Shown one piece after another: positions 46,281-56,068 of a stretch of 64,000 nt of DNA. The translations under genes were made by a program, and so were the position numbers. Location: assembly GCA_963716395.1 (NCBI GenBank), contig OY970309.1, positions 2,912,001 to 2,976,000 on the forward strand. The letters run 5' to 3'. The notes below the pieces were generated by a model. That model did not search any database and was not told the DNA's origin. It saw nothing but the letters and a program-made list of their open reading frames with translations. This stretch comes from an uncultured Fibrobacteria bacterium (GTDB taxonomy: Bacteria; Fibrobacterota; Fibrobacteria; UBA11236). Every line of letters begins with the position of its first letter. The stretch's first letter is position 1.

Positions 46281-46775
46281 CTATTTGGTTTTTACAAAAG
46301 TGAAAATTTTATCGATGTCCTGATCGGCATTGCGAACTTTCAACACAAATCGCCCACTCCCGAATCGCGCCACATCCAAATCTACGCCGTTTTGGCTGTG
46401 CACCAAAAGCACGGTTTTCTCCAGGGATTTGCCGGAAAAATCGAAAAGTTCCACATTCCATTTTGATCCGGGTTCACCCAGATCAAGGTGTACTAGGCCC
46501 CCAAGGGGATCGGAAATCAGTTGCAGAGCATGGTGCTGAATTTCGGGAACGAGTGCCGAATTGATTGCGTTCGAATCGCTTTGTTCAAAGCCTTGCGTAA
46601 ATATGTGACCGTTGGAAAAAGTCCCCGTGATGGTCTCTCCCAAATTCCATTGCCAATACACTTCCCCATTGGCGGATGCTCCGCCGTCCGAGCCCACGAC
46701 TTCACGCTCTACGGTCTGTGCCTTGGCGTTGAAAACGCATGCCAATAGAAGCAAGAGAGAGGGCGCACGCAGCAT
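46281..46775 (-). CDS. Small secreted protein with T9SS type-A-like C-terminal sorting domain
   Basis: Signal peptide; WNLGE..T, TQGFEQ; CTD VELFDFSGK...G.FVLKV...FTFVK. Confidence 0.8.
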   Translation of the reverse strand: MLRAPSLLLLLACVFNAKAQTVEREVVGSDGGASANGEVYWQWNLGETITGTFSNGHIFTQGFEQSDSNAINSALVPEIQHHALQLISDPLGGLVHLDLGEPGSKWNVELFDFSGKSLEKTVLLVHSQNGVDLDVARFGSGRFVLKVRNADQDIDKIFTFVKTK

Positions 46776-47168
46776 GAGTGGAATAGTAGCTTTCCGCCGA
46801 CTTCCGCAATTTAAAATTCCTGAGTGTTATATTAACGACGCGTTGGGCGGATAGCTTGAGTATTCAAAATTAACGTTTTCGGTGGGGGCGCCGAGGGGTT
46901 TAAGCGTATCGGGTTAAAGGAATTTAATCGGGGCGGGCGGAGGAAAGTCCGTTAAGGCAGCGGCGGCGGCCTGATAAGTTAAAGCAATAAAAAGCCGGAT
47001 TACCTTCTATTTTAGCATTCAACCCGAATTTGAAGGTAACCATTATGTTACAAGCTTGTAAGATGGGATAGGGTAGGGATTCTCTCTTTTCACGTTTATC
47101 AGAATTCCGAGCCGCAATGGGCTGCGGAAAATTACCCTCGAGTGAATCAAGGTTGAAAAAGAGGAGCC

Positions 47169-48794
47169 GTGGCCGATCCGCTTGAAAAGCAAAAATTAAA
47201 TCGTGATTTTGGCGACATTGATTACCTGAATTTATTGAATTCTCGTCGCGATATTTTTGAAATCGAGGGAAATAAAAGCCTGTACCGGATCGGCGAATTT
47301 GCGCTTGTATTCGGGATTTGTTTTGGTATCGGTCTGTGGATGGCCTTGCGCGCGATTATCCCCGCGCAACTCTTACTCGCGCCCGACGAAAACCATGGCG
47401 GATTTGAAAATCAAAATGATGAAATCAATCCGCCACTGCGCGAGAAAGGTGTTCAATTTGTTTTGAAAACGAACAAAGCCATTCCGAAAAAGCATTCAAT
47501 CAATGGTGCATCGGCTCTTTCTCTTCAGAAAAAAAAAGCTTACCGAAAATCCAGCCAAAGGTTAAACCCCTCCCGGACGGGCGCAACCAGAACGGGTGTA
47601 ATGAGGGTGCGCCAGCCCATGCCGTCTGTCACGACTTCCGGTTCGCGCAGTGCTAATCAGAAGGCCGTTCAAAATCCGATTGAGGAAACTTCTTTGCTGC
47701 AACGGGGTGATGCCTTGAAAAAACATCGCGACTATACGGGCGCGTTGGAAGCCTATCAGCGCGTGTTGGCGCAGAGCCCCGAAAACAGCGGCGCGCTGGC
47801 GGGAAAAGGAGACCTATTCAGCTATACCGGGGAATTCGACTCGGCAATAGCATATTACCGCGAGGCCCTGGCCGTAAATTCCCGGAATCCGGCGATTCAT
47901 AACGGCCTGGGTTCGGCGCTGTACTATCAATCGCAACGCACCTTGACACCCGATTTTGCGAAGTCCCGGCATATTCAGGATCCGGCGCGATACCTGGAGA
48001 ATCAATATGATAGCGCGATTGCCGAGTACACCGAAGCGATATCGCTCGACAGCAGCTACGTTGAAGCGCTGACGAATCGAGGGGTGCTTCGCGACCTCGA
48101 AAACGATCATGCGGCCGCCATCAAAGATTATACCCTCGCCATTCGAATCAATCCCGCGGATGCCACCGCCTACAGTAAGCGGGCGTCGATCTATGCAAGT
48201 CTGGGAAGGTTTGACGAGGCGGTGGCCGACTACTCCGCAGCCATTAACCTGGACAGTTCGACCTATGAATTCGACCCGACCCTCCATTTTGCCAACGCCT
48301 ACTTCGGTCGCGGGGAAGCCTATTACAAATTGGGAAAGCTTGACAAGGCGATTGCCGATTTTGACAGCGCCCTGGTTCTTTCACCCGGGCACTCCCTGGC
48401 CTATCTCAGAAAAGGGGCCGCGTTCGCCGGCGAAGAACATTATGACAGTGCGATTTCCGCGTATACCAAAGCCATCTCCCTGCTCACGCCCGATGAATAT
48501 CACGGCTCCAGAATGCTGGCATACTTGCTGAGAGGCAATGCCTGGAAAGCTCTGGGGCAATATGACACGGCCATAGCCGACTATCGGAGAGCCATGACCG
48601 CATCCGATCAGGCATCAAAGGCGTGCTGGCGTATTGCGGAATGCTATTGCTTTAAGCAAGACACCCTGAATGCACTGGCTTGGTTAAAGAAAGGCCGATC
48701 GCTCAAGTTCGTCGAAATCGTAAAGTGGAGGGACGATAGAGAGCTTTCGATGCTCTGGAATTTACCGGAGTTTAATGAACTTACCCGTGAGTAA
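47169..48794 (+). CDS. Membrane-anchored tetratricopeptide repeat protein
   Basis: One TM, then many TPRs (ALTNRG, AYSKRA, AYFGRG, AYLLRG); GAGGAG RBS. Confidence 0.88.
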   Translation: MADPLEKQKLNRDFGDIDYLNLLNSRRDIFEIEGNKSLYRIGEFALVFGICFGIGLWMALRAIIPAQLLLAPDENHGGFENQNDEINPPLREKGVQFVLKTNKAIPKKHSINGASALSLQKKKAYRKSSQRLNPSRTGATRTGVMRVRQPMPSVTTSGSRSANQKAVQNPIEETSLLQRGDALKKHRDYTGALEAYQRVLAQSPENSGALAGKGDLFSYTGEFDSAIAYYREALAVNSRNPAIHNGLGSALYYQSQRTLTPDFAKSRHIQDPARYLENQYDSAIAEYTEAISLDSSYVEALTNRGVLRDLENDHAAAIKDYTLAIRINPADATAYSKRASIYASLGRFDEAVADYSAAINLDSSTYEFDPTLHFANAYFGRGEAYYKLGKLDKAIADFDSALVLSPGHSLAYLRKGAAFAGEEHYDSAISAYTKAISLLTPDEYHGSRMLAYLLRGNAWKALGQYDTAIADYRRAMTASDQASKACWRIAECYCFKQDTLNALAWLKKGRSLKFVEIVKWRDDRELSMLWNLPEFNELTRE

Positions 48795-48867
48795 GGTGGG
48801 GGAATCGAAGACCGACTCCGCTTCGGTTTGCGGGGCCCATTGAAAAATTTCGTCGCCGCCGGGAATA

Positions 48868-49239
48868 CTACCCCACCTCGTCGGGAAGGGAATGGGCGGG
48901 ACGGTTTTTGCCGTCTACTTTAACCAATTTCGGGCTGAAGCCTTCCAACTCAGCTTCGGATCTCCATGTGAAGGACATGATAATGGCGATATCCCCGATA
49001 TGCACCAGGCGGGCCGCGGCTCCGTTAATGCAGATCTCGCCCGATTCAGGCTTGCCGAGAATGCAATAGGTTTCGAAGCGCGCGCCGTTGTTCAAGTCAA
49101 CGACTTGAACTTTTTCGTATTCCCGCAAATCCGCCAAGCGCATCAGCACCGGATCGATGGTGATGGAACCTTCGTAGTGCAAATTCGCGTCGGTAATAAT
49201 GGCCCGATGAATTTTCGATTTCAGGATTTCCCGCAGCAT
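48868..49239 (-). CDS. panD: Aspartate 1-decarboxylase
   Basis: [30 protein letters not shown]. Confidence 0.97.
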   Translation of the reverse strand: MLREILKSKIHRAIITDANLHYEGSITIDPVLMRLADLREYEKVQVVDLNNGARFETYCILGKPESGEICINGAAARLVHIGDIAIIMSFTWRSEAELEGFSPKLVKVDGKNRPAHSLPDEVG

Positions 49240-49249
49240 CTGGCATTGT

Positions 49250-49888
49250 TCAGAAGCGAAGCCCAAGGTCCAAAGCGGCTCCGTCGCGCAGCGGGTTGAG
49301 GTTCAAGCTAAAACGTTGCGCCTCCTGGTTGTCGACATAACGGGTATGGATGAAGGCGTCACCCGCACTCCAAACCATGGTGACCAGCAGCATGATGGGA
49401 TAAATGGGTTTGACGCTTTTGGAGCCCGAGCTGGTTTGGCTTTGATCTAGAAAGGTCAACGCCAAACTTCCCGCCGCCACGGTGGAAAGTGCCAACCCCA
49501 GATACAGGCGGTGCGTTTGATAGTGATAATAGCCGGGTAAAAAGAAGGCGATGAAAGGCGTCAATTCGTTGGCCTGCTGTTTGTGAAAATTTTGATTGAT
49601 GTCGTCATCGGCCATGCCGCCTTTTTTTTCGTCCAGCCATTGCGATTCGGAAACGCCCAGTTTTTTCCACGGCTGGCTGAAATACTGATTCGGGCTGACA
49701 CCGATTTCCAACAGGTGCATGAGCTTGGATCGCGACATTCCGTGCTCTTTCACCATCTGGAATTCCTGCTGGGAGATACCGAGATCCTCGGCCGTCACAT
49801 CTGCCCATTCGTTATCGTCGGCATGCGCCAGCATCGGCGCTGCAAGGATCATCGCCGACATCCAAACCGCGCAGAACGTTTTCATCAT
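49250..49888 (-). CDS. Exported hypothetical protein with two hydrophobic segments
   Basis: Signal peptide (AHA|DD), LG(I/V)S repeats, FFLPG, C-terminal LGLRF. Confidence 0.7.
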   Translation of the reverse strand: MMKTFCAVWMSAMILAAPMLAHADDNEWADVTAEDLGISQQEFQMVKEHGMSRSKLMHLLEIGVSPNQYFSQPWKKLGVSESQWLDEKKGGMADDDINQNFHKQQANELTPFIAFFLPGYYHYQTHRLYLGLALSTVAAGSLALTFLDQSQTSSGSKSVKPIYPIMLLVTMVWSAGDAFIHTRYVDNQEAQRFSLNLNPLRDGAALDLGLRF

Positions 49889-49962
49889 GGCCTTCAACCT
49901 TTCCCGAAGATCATGCTTAAAATAACGAGTTCTTCGCCGCCTTGTTGGGAAAACCGCGGCGC

Positions 49963-50049
49963 TGGTGCCGAGGGGGGGACTTGAACCCCCACAGGGTCGC
50001 CCCTACCGGATTTTGAGTCCGGCGCGTCTACCAGTTTCACCACCTCGGC
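49963..50049 (-). tRNA. tRNA-Leu (anticodon CAA)
   Basis: GCCGAGG/CCTCGGC acceptor stem, CCGGA-CTCAAAA-TCCGG anticodon arm, long variable arm, GGTTCAAGTCC T-arm, encoded CCA. Confidence 0.97.
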
Positions 50050-50190
50050 CGGAAACGGGAACCATCCGCTTCGATACAGCGGAGCAAATATAAATTCGCC
50101 GCACGCTTGACCGAACCCCGGAAAGCTCCGGTTCGGAAAGAAGAGCGAATTTTCGCTTTGGCCACGGCGGGCGAATCTCCTCCTGGCGCC

Positions 50191-51243
50191 TCACGGTGAC
50201 GGCACGATTAGAAAGGCGAACCCCAAGGGCGTGAAGATGCGGTTGCCTTCGCGTTGGGCGCTCAAGGCGTCGGGAAAATTTCCGAAGAGCACCCGATACT
50301 CGGGTACGGCTTCGGTGCCGCCGCGCAGAATTTGAATTTGCAGGCCTTTGGCGGCCAAGCGCCGGCGCATCTGCTCGGCGTTGGCGGAGTGGGAAAAGAC
50401 GCCCAATTGCAAGCAGAAACCCAAGTGGGATGCAGAAGCCGGTCTGGTTTCGGTTACGACTTCGCGGAGCTCCGATTGGCCTTCGGCGGTTGTCTCTTCG
50501 CGGTGCGAGGCGCGCAGAAGGCGGGCTTCAGGAGCGCCCGATGCGCGCAGAAACAAAGAATCTCGGAATTCCCGCGCGAGGCGAGGGTGATCGGCGCGTT
50601 CCAATTCGGAGGAGAGCAGCCATACGCCCGGAGCTTCGTCGGGCAAGGCGTCATTCCGGGCTTGGGCCAGGGCCTTCGCTGCCGCCGCCGCATCACCCTT
50701 GGCCGAAAACAGCCGGGCCTTTAATTCCAAGACCGCGGCGGCATTGGCCGGCGGCGTGGCATGGGCCGACAGTTCCTCGACATAATTCAGTCCGGTATCG
50801 AGGTAGGCCGTATGCCGCGGCACCTGCGCGTATTGCAGGCAGGAGTATCCCATCCAAAACGCCGCCGCATCGGCGTACGGTCCGACGGGAAATTCGCGCA
50901 GGTACTCCCGGAATTGCGGAATGGAAAAATTGTAAGCACCATCGGCGTAATAGTATTGCCCCAGTCGGAACAAGCCTTCGCCGCGGAGTTCCGCCGGCGC
51001 TTCGGAATCTTCGGCCGCGGTTTCATAACCTTTGCCGGCGAGTTCGCCTTCCAAGGTATAGCGTCCGGCCATAAGACCCGCCAGGGCCGGCAGCAAGGTC
51101 GATTCGGAACGGGTCACTGCCTCCAAGGCCGCATCCAAATGCCCGTGATTGGCCAGGTCGGCGGCTTGTTGCTCCACCGAATCAGCGTCCACCGGCGTCG
51201 CATTCAATACGGTAAGGCCCGAAGCCAGCGCCAGCCACCACAT
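50191..51243 (-). CDS. SPOR domain protein with TPR region
   Basis: Signal peptide; TPR (GLFRLGQYYY); LQLGVFS...NA and YRVLFG.F SPOR motifs. Confidence 0.85.
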   Translation of the reverse strand: MWWLALASGLTVLNATPVDADSVEQQAADLANHGHLDAALEAVTRSESTLLPALAGLMAGRYTLEGELAGKGYETAAEDSEAPAELRGEGLFRLGQYYYADGAYNFSIPQFREYLREFPVGPYADAAAFWMGYSCLQYAQVPRHTAYLDTGLNYVEELSAHATPPANAAAVLELKARLFSAKGDAAAAAKALAQARNDALPDEAPGVWLLSSELERADHPRLAREFRDSLFLRASGAPEARLLRASHREETTAEGQSELREVVTETRPASASHLGFCLQLGVFSHSANAEQMRRRLAAKGLQIQILRGGTEAVPEYRVLFGNFPDALSAQREGNRIFTPLGFAFLIVPSP

Positions 51244-51246
51244 GGC

Positions 51247-51564
51247 TTACGCTTCCGGCGGTAGGTCCGAAGTCGGGTTGCGCGCGCTGTGGGTGGCTTC
51301 CAACTCTTGCTGCAGTTTGGCGATTTGTTGGTCCCGTCCGCGCAGTTTCCATTGATAACGAAGGATACGCCAGGCATCGAGAAACAGAAAAACCAGGCCG
51401 CCGGCCACGAAGCTGAGAAAGATCCAGATGCCGAGAACCCAGGCCACGTGCCAGCGCAGAAAGGAGAATTCGACCACGTTGCTTAGGGCTTGTTGGTTTT
51501 GGAATACAGCCGTGGCCAGAGCGAGTACCAGGACCAGAAAAGCGATGCGACGGATGAATCTCAT
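51247..51564 (-). CDS. LapA family (lipopolysaccharide assembly protein A domain) membrane protein
   Basis: FQNQ...V.FSFL.W, second TM, C-terminal coiled coil. Confidence 0.75.
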   Translation of the reverse strand: MRFIRRIAFLVLVLALATAVFQNQQALSNVVEFSFLRWHVAWVLGIWIFLSFVAGGLVFLFLDAWRILRYQWKLRGRDQQIAKLQQELEATHSARNPTSDLPPEA

Positions 51565-53006
51565 ACCGAATCCTTTATTAGTTGTCCGCGCAGAATGATC
51601 CCGGAGCGAGCCGTAATGCGCACGTTGACCAAGGTACCTTGGCCGAGTCCGGGGGCTTGCGGCACCACCACTTTTTTGAAGTTGCGGGTTTTGCCCACCC
51701 ATTCGGCGGCATTGCGCGCCGATCGATCTTCCAGTAGCACTTCGACTTCGCGGCCGATATGCGCGTCGAGAATCTCTTCGGTGATGCCCATTTGCAATTC
51801 GATGACCTGCTCCAGCCGCTGCTGCTTTTCGGCGGCGCTTAGGGTTTCGGCTTCTGCGGCCGCCGGCGTTCCCAGACGCGGGGAATAGGAAAACATGAAG
51901 GCGTGATCGAAGCGCACCAAGCGCATCATCTCCACGGTGGCGGCGAAATCGTTTTCGCTTTCGCCCACGAAGCCGGTGATGATGTCGGTGGTGAGGGCGA
52001 GATCCGGCACTGCGGTGCGTAGGGCCGACACGATATCGAGGTATTGCCGGGCCGAATATTGGCGCCGCATTTTTCGCAGCATGGCGTCGGACCCCGATTG
52101 CAGGGGCAAATGCACGTGGTTGCAGACCTTGTCGCATTCGGCCAGGGCGCGAATGGTGTCGGCGTCGAAATGCCGCGGGTGCGGCGAGGTGAATCGGATG
52201 CGCCACAGTCCGTCGACTGCATTGAGACGCCACAGCAGGCCGGCGAAAGAGACCTCCGGCGTGCGGTAGGAGTTGACCGTTTGCCCCAGCAGGCACACTT
52301 CGCGCACGCCTGCGCGCACTGCGTGGCGCACCTCCGCGAGAATATCTTCGACGTCGCGGCTGCGCTCCTTGCCGCGCACCGTGGGTACGATGCAATACGC
52401 GCATTGCTTGTTGCAGCCGCGCATGATGGTGATGTGCGCGGCGGTGGATCCGTCGAGGCGGGCCGTGAGGCCGGAATAATTCTCGAAATCATCCTGTTCG
52501 GTGAGTACCACCGGTTTCCGCATGCGGCTTTCCGCCTTCCGTAACCCTTGGCTCGCGCGCGGAATTGTGGGCATGGGAAGCGGGAGGCGATCCCCAGCTT
52601 CGGGGAGTAAGGGCGAGGAGGAGGGCGGGAACAGCAACCCCTCCAGCTTTCCGTAATTATCCGGTCCGACCACATAGTCGACATGCTCCAGGCTTTCCGA
52701 AATGCGTTCGCCATGATTCTGCGCCATGCAGCCGACCACGGCGATGCGCACGCCCGGCCGCACCCGCTTATAATGCCGCATGCTGGCAATGCGGGCATAG
52801 GCCCGTTCTTCGGCGCCGCCGCGAATGCTGCAGGTGTTGACGATGAGCACGTCGGCCTGGGCCGGATCTTCGGTATGCGACAGGCCGCGCTGTTCCAACA
52901 TCGTGCCGATGAGATTGGAGTCGTATTCATTCATCTGGCAGCCGAAGGTGGCCAGATGGTATTTCGACGCTGTTCGAGGCAGCGAAGCGGCGGTCGTTTC
53001 ACCCAT
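51561..53006 (-). CDS. miaB: tRNA-2-methylthio-N6-dimethylallyladenosine synthase
   Basis: TFGCQMNEYDS, NTCSIR, GCNKQCAYC (radical SAM), HLPLQSGSD, C-terminal TRAM. Confidence 0.96.
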   Translation of the reverse strand: MGETTAASLPRTASKYHLATFGCQMNEYDSNLIGTMLEQRGLSHTEDPAQADVLIVNTCSIRGGAEERAYARIASMRHYKRVRPGVRIAVVGCMAQNHGERISESLEHVDYVVGPDNYGKLEGLLFPPSSSPLLPEAGDRLPLPMPTIPRASQGLRKAESRMRKPVVLTEQDDFENYSGLTARLDGSTAAHITIMRGCNKQCAYCIVPTVRGKERSRDVEDILAEVRHAVRAGVREVCLLGQTVNSYRTPEVSFAGLLWRLNAVDGLWRIRFTSPHPRHFDADTIRALAECDKVCNHVHLPLQSGSDAMLRKMRRQYSARQYLDIVSALRTAVPDLALTTDIITGFVGESENDFAATVEMMRLVRFDHAFMFSYSPRLGTPAAAEAETLSAAEKQQRLEQVIELQMGITEEILDAHIGREVEVLLEDRSARNAAEWVGKTRNFKKVVVPQAPGLGQGTLVNVRITARSGIILRGQLIKDSV

Positions 53007-53703
53007 GCGCCACCGCCCCATCACGCTGCCAAGCGGCGATCACGGCCAACACTTCTTCGAGATGCGCGACGGCGGTTTCGGGCGCGGCGGCCTTCAAGGC
53101 CGCGCGGTTCCCCATGCCGCCGGTAAAAGCGATGAAACGGCAGGCCCCGGCCTGGGCGGTGCGGAAATCTTGGAGGCTATCGCCGATGAGCACGGTTTCT
53201 TCGGGCTTGGCTTTCAAGGTCGATATAATATATGCCAATCCTTCGGGGTCGGGCTTCTTGGCCCAAGGCCCGTCGCCCCCGAGCACCAATTCGAAATGCG
53301 CCAGCATTCCCAGGCCCTGGAGCAAGCGCAGGGCCGGTTCCAGGGGTTTGTTGGTGAGCACCGCCTTGCGGTAAACGGCGAGCTTTTCCAACAACAACAC
53401 CGCACCGGAATAGGGATGAGACTCATCCAGGCAATGCCGCCCATAATATTCGAGAAAATCGGCAAGGATTTCCGGCAGCAAAGAGGGAATGGCTGCGGCG
53501 TCGAAGCCGGCGGCGCGCATCGAATGGCGCAGCAAATCCTCGGCGCCGTCGCCGACAAAAGATATCACGGTCTCCAAAGGCAGCGTAGGTTTGTCGCGTG
53601 CCGACAAAACGTGGTTGACGGCCTGCGCCAAATCGCGGCGGGTATCGGCCAAGGTACCGTCGAGGTCGAAAACAAGTAACTTTACGGGTCGAAATTCATC
53701 CAT
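52999..53703 (-). CDS. gph: HAD phosphatase (phosphoglycolate phosphatase-like)
   Basis: FDLDGTLADT, VLTNK, KKPDP, IGDS..D. Confidence 0.85.
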   Translation of the reverse strand: MDEFRPVKLLVFDLDGTLADTRRDLAQAVNHVLSARDKPTLPLETVISFVGDGAEDLLRHSMRAAGFDAAAIPSLLPEILADFLEYYGRHCLDESHPYSGAVLLLEKLAVYRKAVLTNKPLEPALRLLQGLGMLAHFELVLGGDGPWAKKPDPEGLAYIISTLKAKPEETVLIGDSLQDFRTAQAGACRFIAFTGGMGNRAALKAAAPETAVAHLEEVLAVIAAWQRDGAVAHG

Positions 53704-53726
53704 CGCACAAAGTTAACCCCATCGCC

Positions 53727-54479
53727 ATGGCTTTGAAGATGACGACCAGCCGCCGCAACGGCTTGGTGGTGGCCCTGCACGACGTTTGGCCCGGCAATTT
53801 CGTCCAGATCGATCGCGACTTGCAATGGCTGCGCGCGGAGGGCGCGTGGGTTTCCGCCCTGCTGGTGGTGCCGTATTACCATGGCCAGATCCGGCTTTCC
53901 GCAGCGCCCGCTTTTTTGGAATGGCTGCGGAGTCAACGGGAGCAAGGGGTTTTGATCCTGGCCCATGGCTACCGGCATGTGCGCGCCGAACTTTGCGGCG
54001 AATCTATGGCGCGCAGCCTGTTCGGCCGCTGGATCAATGGGCGGGTGCAAAATGAAGGCGAGTTCACCGGGCTTTCCGCGTCGGACACGTCGGATTTATT
54101 GCGTCGCAGCTTGGATTTGTTTGCCCAAGCCAAAATCGAACCCGATGGCTTCGCCTTCCCGACCTGGATGGGCCGCCTTCCCCCGGGCTTCGGTTGGCCC
54201 GCATCCTGCCGGTTTTTCGAGGGTCGGCTTCAGCTTCGGGAATTGCAGGGCAACCGCCGACGCTGGGCGCCGCCGCTCACCTTCGGCCGCGACGCCAAAA
54301 CCCAGCGTCTTTTCAGCTATGGCGGCCGCCTTTGGCTGCGTTTTCTTCGCCGCCAAAAACTGGTTCGCCTGGCTTTGCATCCCGGTGATTTGGAAGCGCC
54401 CGCAGCGCGCGACATCGTGCAATCCTTGGTGCGCGGGGGCGAACCCATCACCTATGCCCAGGCACTGGGCGAAAACTGA
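53727..54479 (+). CDS. DUF2334 / polysaccharide deacetylase-like protein
   Basis: ALHDVWP, LLVVP, AHGYRH, EGEF, RLALHPGD. Confidence 0.8.
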   Translation: MALKMTTSRRNGLVVALHDVWPGNFVQIDRDLQWLRAEGAWVSALLVVPYYHGQIRLSAAPAFLEWLRSQREQGVLILAHGYRHVRAELCGESMARSLFGRWINGRVQNEGEFTGLSASDTSDLLRRSLDLFAQAKIEPDGFAFPTWMGRLPPGFGWPASCRFFEGRLQLRELQGNRRRWAPPLTFGRDAKTQRLFSYGGRLWLRFLRRQKLVRLALHPGDLEAPAARDIVQSLVRGGEPITYAQALGEN

Positions 54480-54498
54480 TGTTGCTAAGTTGCCCGGC

Positions 54499-54933
54499 AT
54501 GTGCCGGTTTCCCCCTCGGTTTTTAGCGCCTGGGCTTTGGTTGCTGCTGGCCGCCGCCGCGGCCCAACCTTCGCTTGCGCAAACTGCGGAAGTCGGCGGT
54601 GCCAATTCCGTGCAGCGCATGGACGACGAGCCGTTGCCGGAAAATGAGCGTGCGCCCCTGCTCCTGTTCGGCGCGGGATCGCTGGTCGTGGGCGGAATTT
54701 TGTTCGGCATCGAAGCCACCTCTTCGAATCGGAACGACATTCAGGTGCTCGGCAAAAATTCAGATGTGAATTTCGCGATTCTCATGGCCGGGCTCTCGGC
54801 CGCAACCGCGGGGTGGTCCTATTTTCATTTCGGCCATGGCCGGGCGAGCGCTGTTGCTGCCGTGATTCCCGCTGCCAACCGCAGCGTTTATACAGCCGAA
54901 TTCCGCCTGCGTTTTTCGCCTCCGGGCGGATGA
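54499..54933 (+). CDS. Exported hypothetical protein with two hydrophobic segments
   Basis: Signal peptide, two hydrophobic helices, C-terminal FRLRF. Confidence 0.6.
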   Translation: MCRFPPRFLAPGLWLLLAAAAAQPSLAQTAEVGGANSVQRMDDEPLPENERAPLLLFGAGSLVVGGILFGIEATSSNRNDIQVLGKNSDVNFAILMAGLSAATAGWSYFHFGHGRASAVAAVIPAANRSVYTAEFRLRFSPPGG

Positions 54934-55027
54934 ACGCCCCCGCGGTCCATCTCGGGCGGATCAACCCGTTCTGCCCGCGCGAGTTAGATTTCAAATTCCG
55001 TCGCGGTCATGGCCGTAGACGGAGCTT

Positions 55028-56065
55028 ATGACCGGCGAAGAACTGCATGCCAAATTGCGTGAAGTGCGCATCAACGGCGCGGCGTGCACCTATACCTTGG
55101 AAAAATGCGAGGTGCTGGCGCCACTGATTAACGCCATCAATACTTTGAAGAAGGAAAAGCACGCCGTGATTTTGGCGCATTCCTATGTGGCTCCTGAAAT
55201 CGTATTCGGTGTGGCCGATTTCAGCGGTGATTCGTACGGCTTGGCCAAAGATGCGGCCGGCACCAAGGCCGACACCATCGTGTTTGCGGCCGTGCGCTTC
55301 ATGGGCGAGACCGCCAAAATTCTGAATCCGGAAAAAACCGTGCTGCTGCCCGGCACCGACACCGGCTGCACCTTGGCCGATGCGGTCACGGGCGAGGCCG
55401 TGCGCGCCGCGCGGGAGAAATTTCCCGATCACACCTTCGTCTGTTATATCAACACCACGGCCGAGGTGAAGGCCGAATGCGACGTTTGCGTCACGTCTTC
55501 GAATGTGTACGACATCGTGGCCGCCTTGCCCAACGACAAGATTTTTTTTCTGCCGGATAAGTTGATGGGCCAGAACCTGCGCGAGGAAATGGAGCGCCGC
55601 GGTCTGCGCAAAAGCATCGAATTGCATCCGGGTGTATGCTACGTGCATGAGCAATACGATCCGGAAATGGTGCGCTATCTGCGCGTGAAATTTCCCGGCG
55701 TCAAGGTGTTGAGCCACCCGGAATGCAACCCCGCCGTGCTGGCCGCCTCGGATTACGTGGGCAGCACCAGCCAGATGCTGAAGTACGTCTCCGCCTCGCG
55801 CGAGAAGCAGTTCGTGATGCTTACCGAATGCGGCTTGTCTTCGCGGCTCATGGTGGAATATCCCGACCGGCAATTCGTGGGATCCTGCACCTTCTGCCGT
55901 TACATGAAGTCCAACTCCCTGGAAGGGATTCTGCGCGTGCTGCTGAAACCGCGGCCCGAAGACCGGGTCGAATTACCCGAAGACGTGCGGTTGCGCGCCA
56001 AGGGTTGCATCGACGCTATGTTCCGATACGCCGAAGCCAAAACTCCGGCCGCCACCTTGGGGTGA
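55028..56065 (+). CDS. nadA: Quinolinate synthase
   Basis: ILAHSY, GDSYGL, VRFMGETAKILNP, GCTLAD, CYVH, SHPEC, CRYMK. Confidence 0.96.
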   Translation: MTGEELHAKLREVRINGAACTYTLEKCEVLAPLINAINTLKKEKHAVILAHSYVAPEIVFGVADFSGDSYGLAKDAAGTKADTIVFAAVRFMGETAKILNPEKTVLLPGTDTGCTLADAVTGEAVRAAREKFPDHTFVCYINTTAEVKAECDVCVTSSNVYDIVAALPNDKIFFLPDKLMGQNLREEMERRGLRKSIELHPGVCYVHEQYDPEMVRYLRVKFPGVKVLSHPECNPAVLAASDYVGSTSQMLKYVSASREKQFVMLTECGLSSRLMVEYPDRQFVGSCTFCRYMKSNSLEGILRVLLKPRPEDRVELPEDVRLRAKGCIDAMFRYAEAKTPAATLG

Positions 56066-56068
56066 TCC

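Noticed and set aside
48800-50049. tRNA-Leu as attachment site of the AT-richer insert
   Set aside because: panD and another gene intervene; no duplicated tRNA 3' end or integrase was seen.
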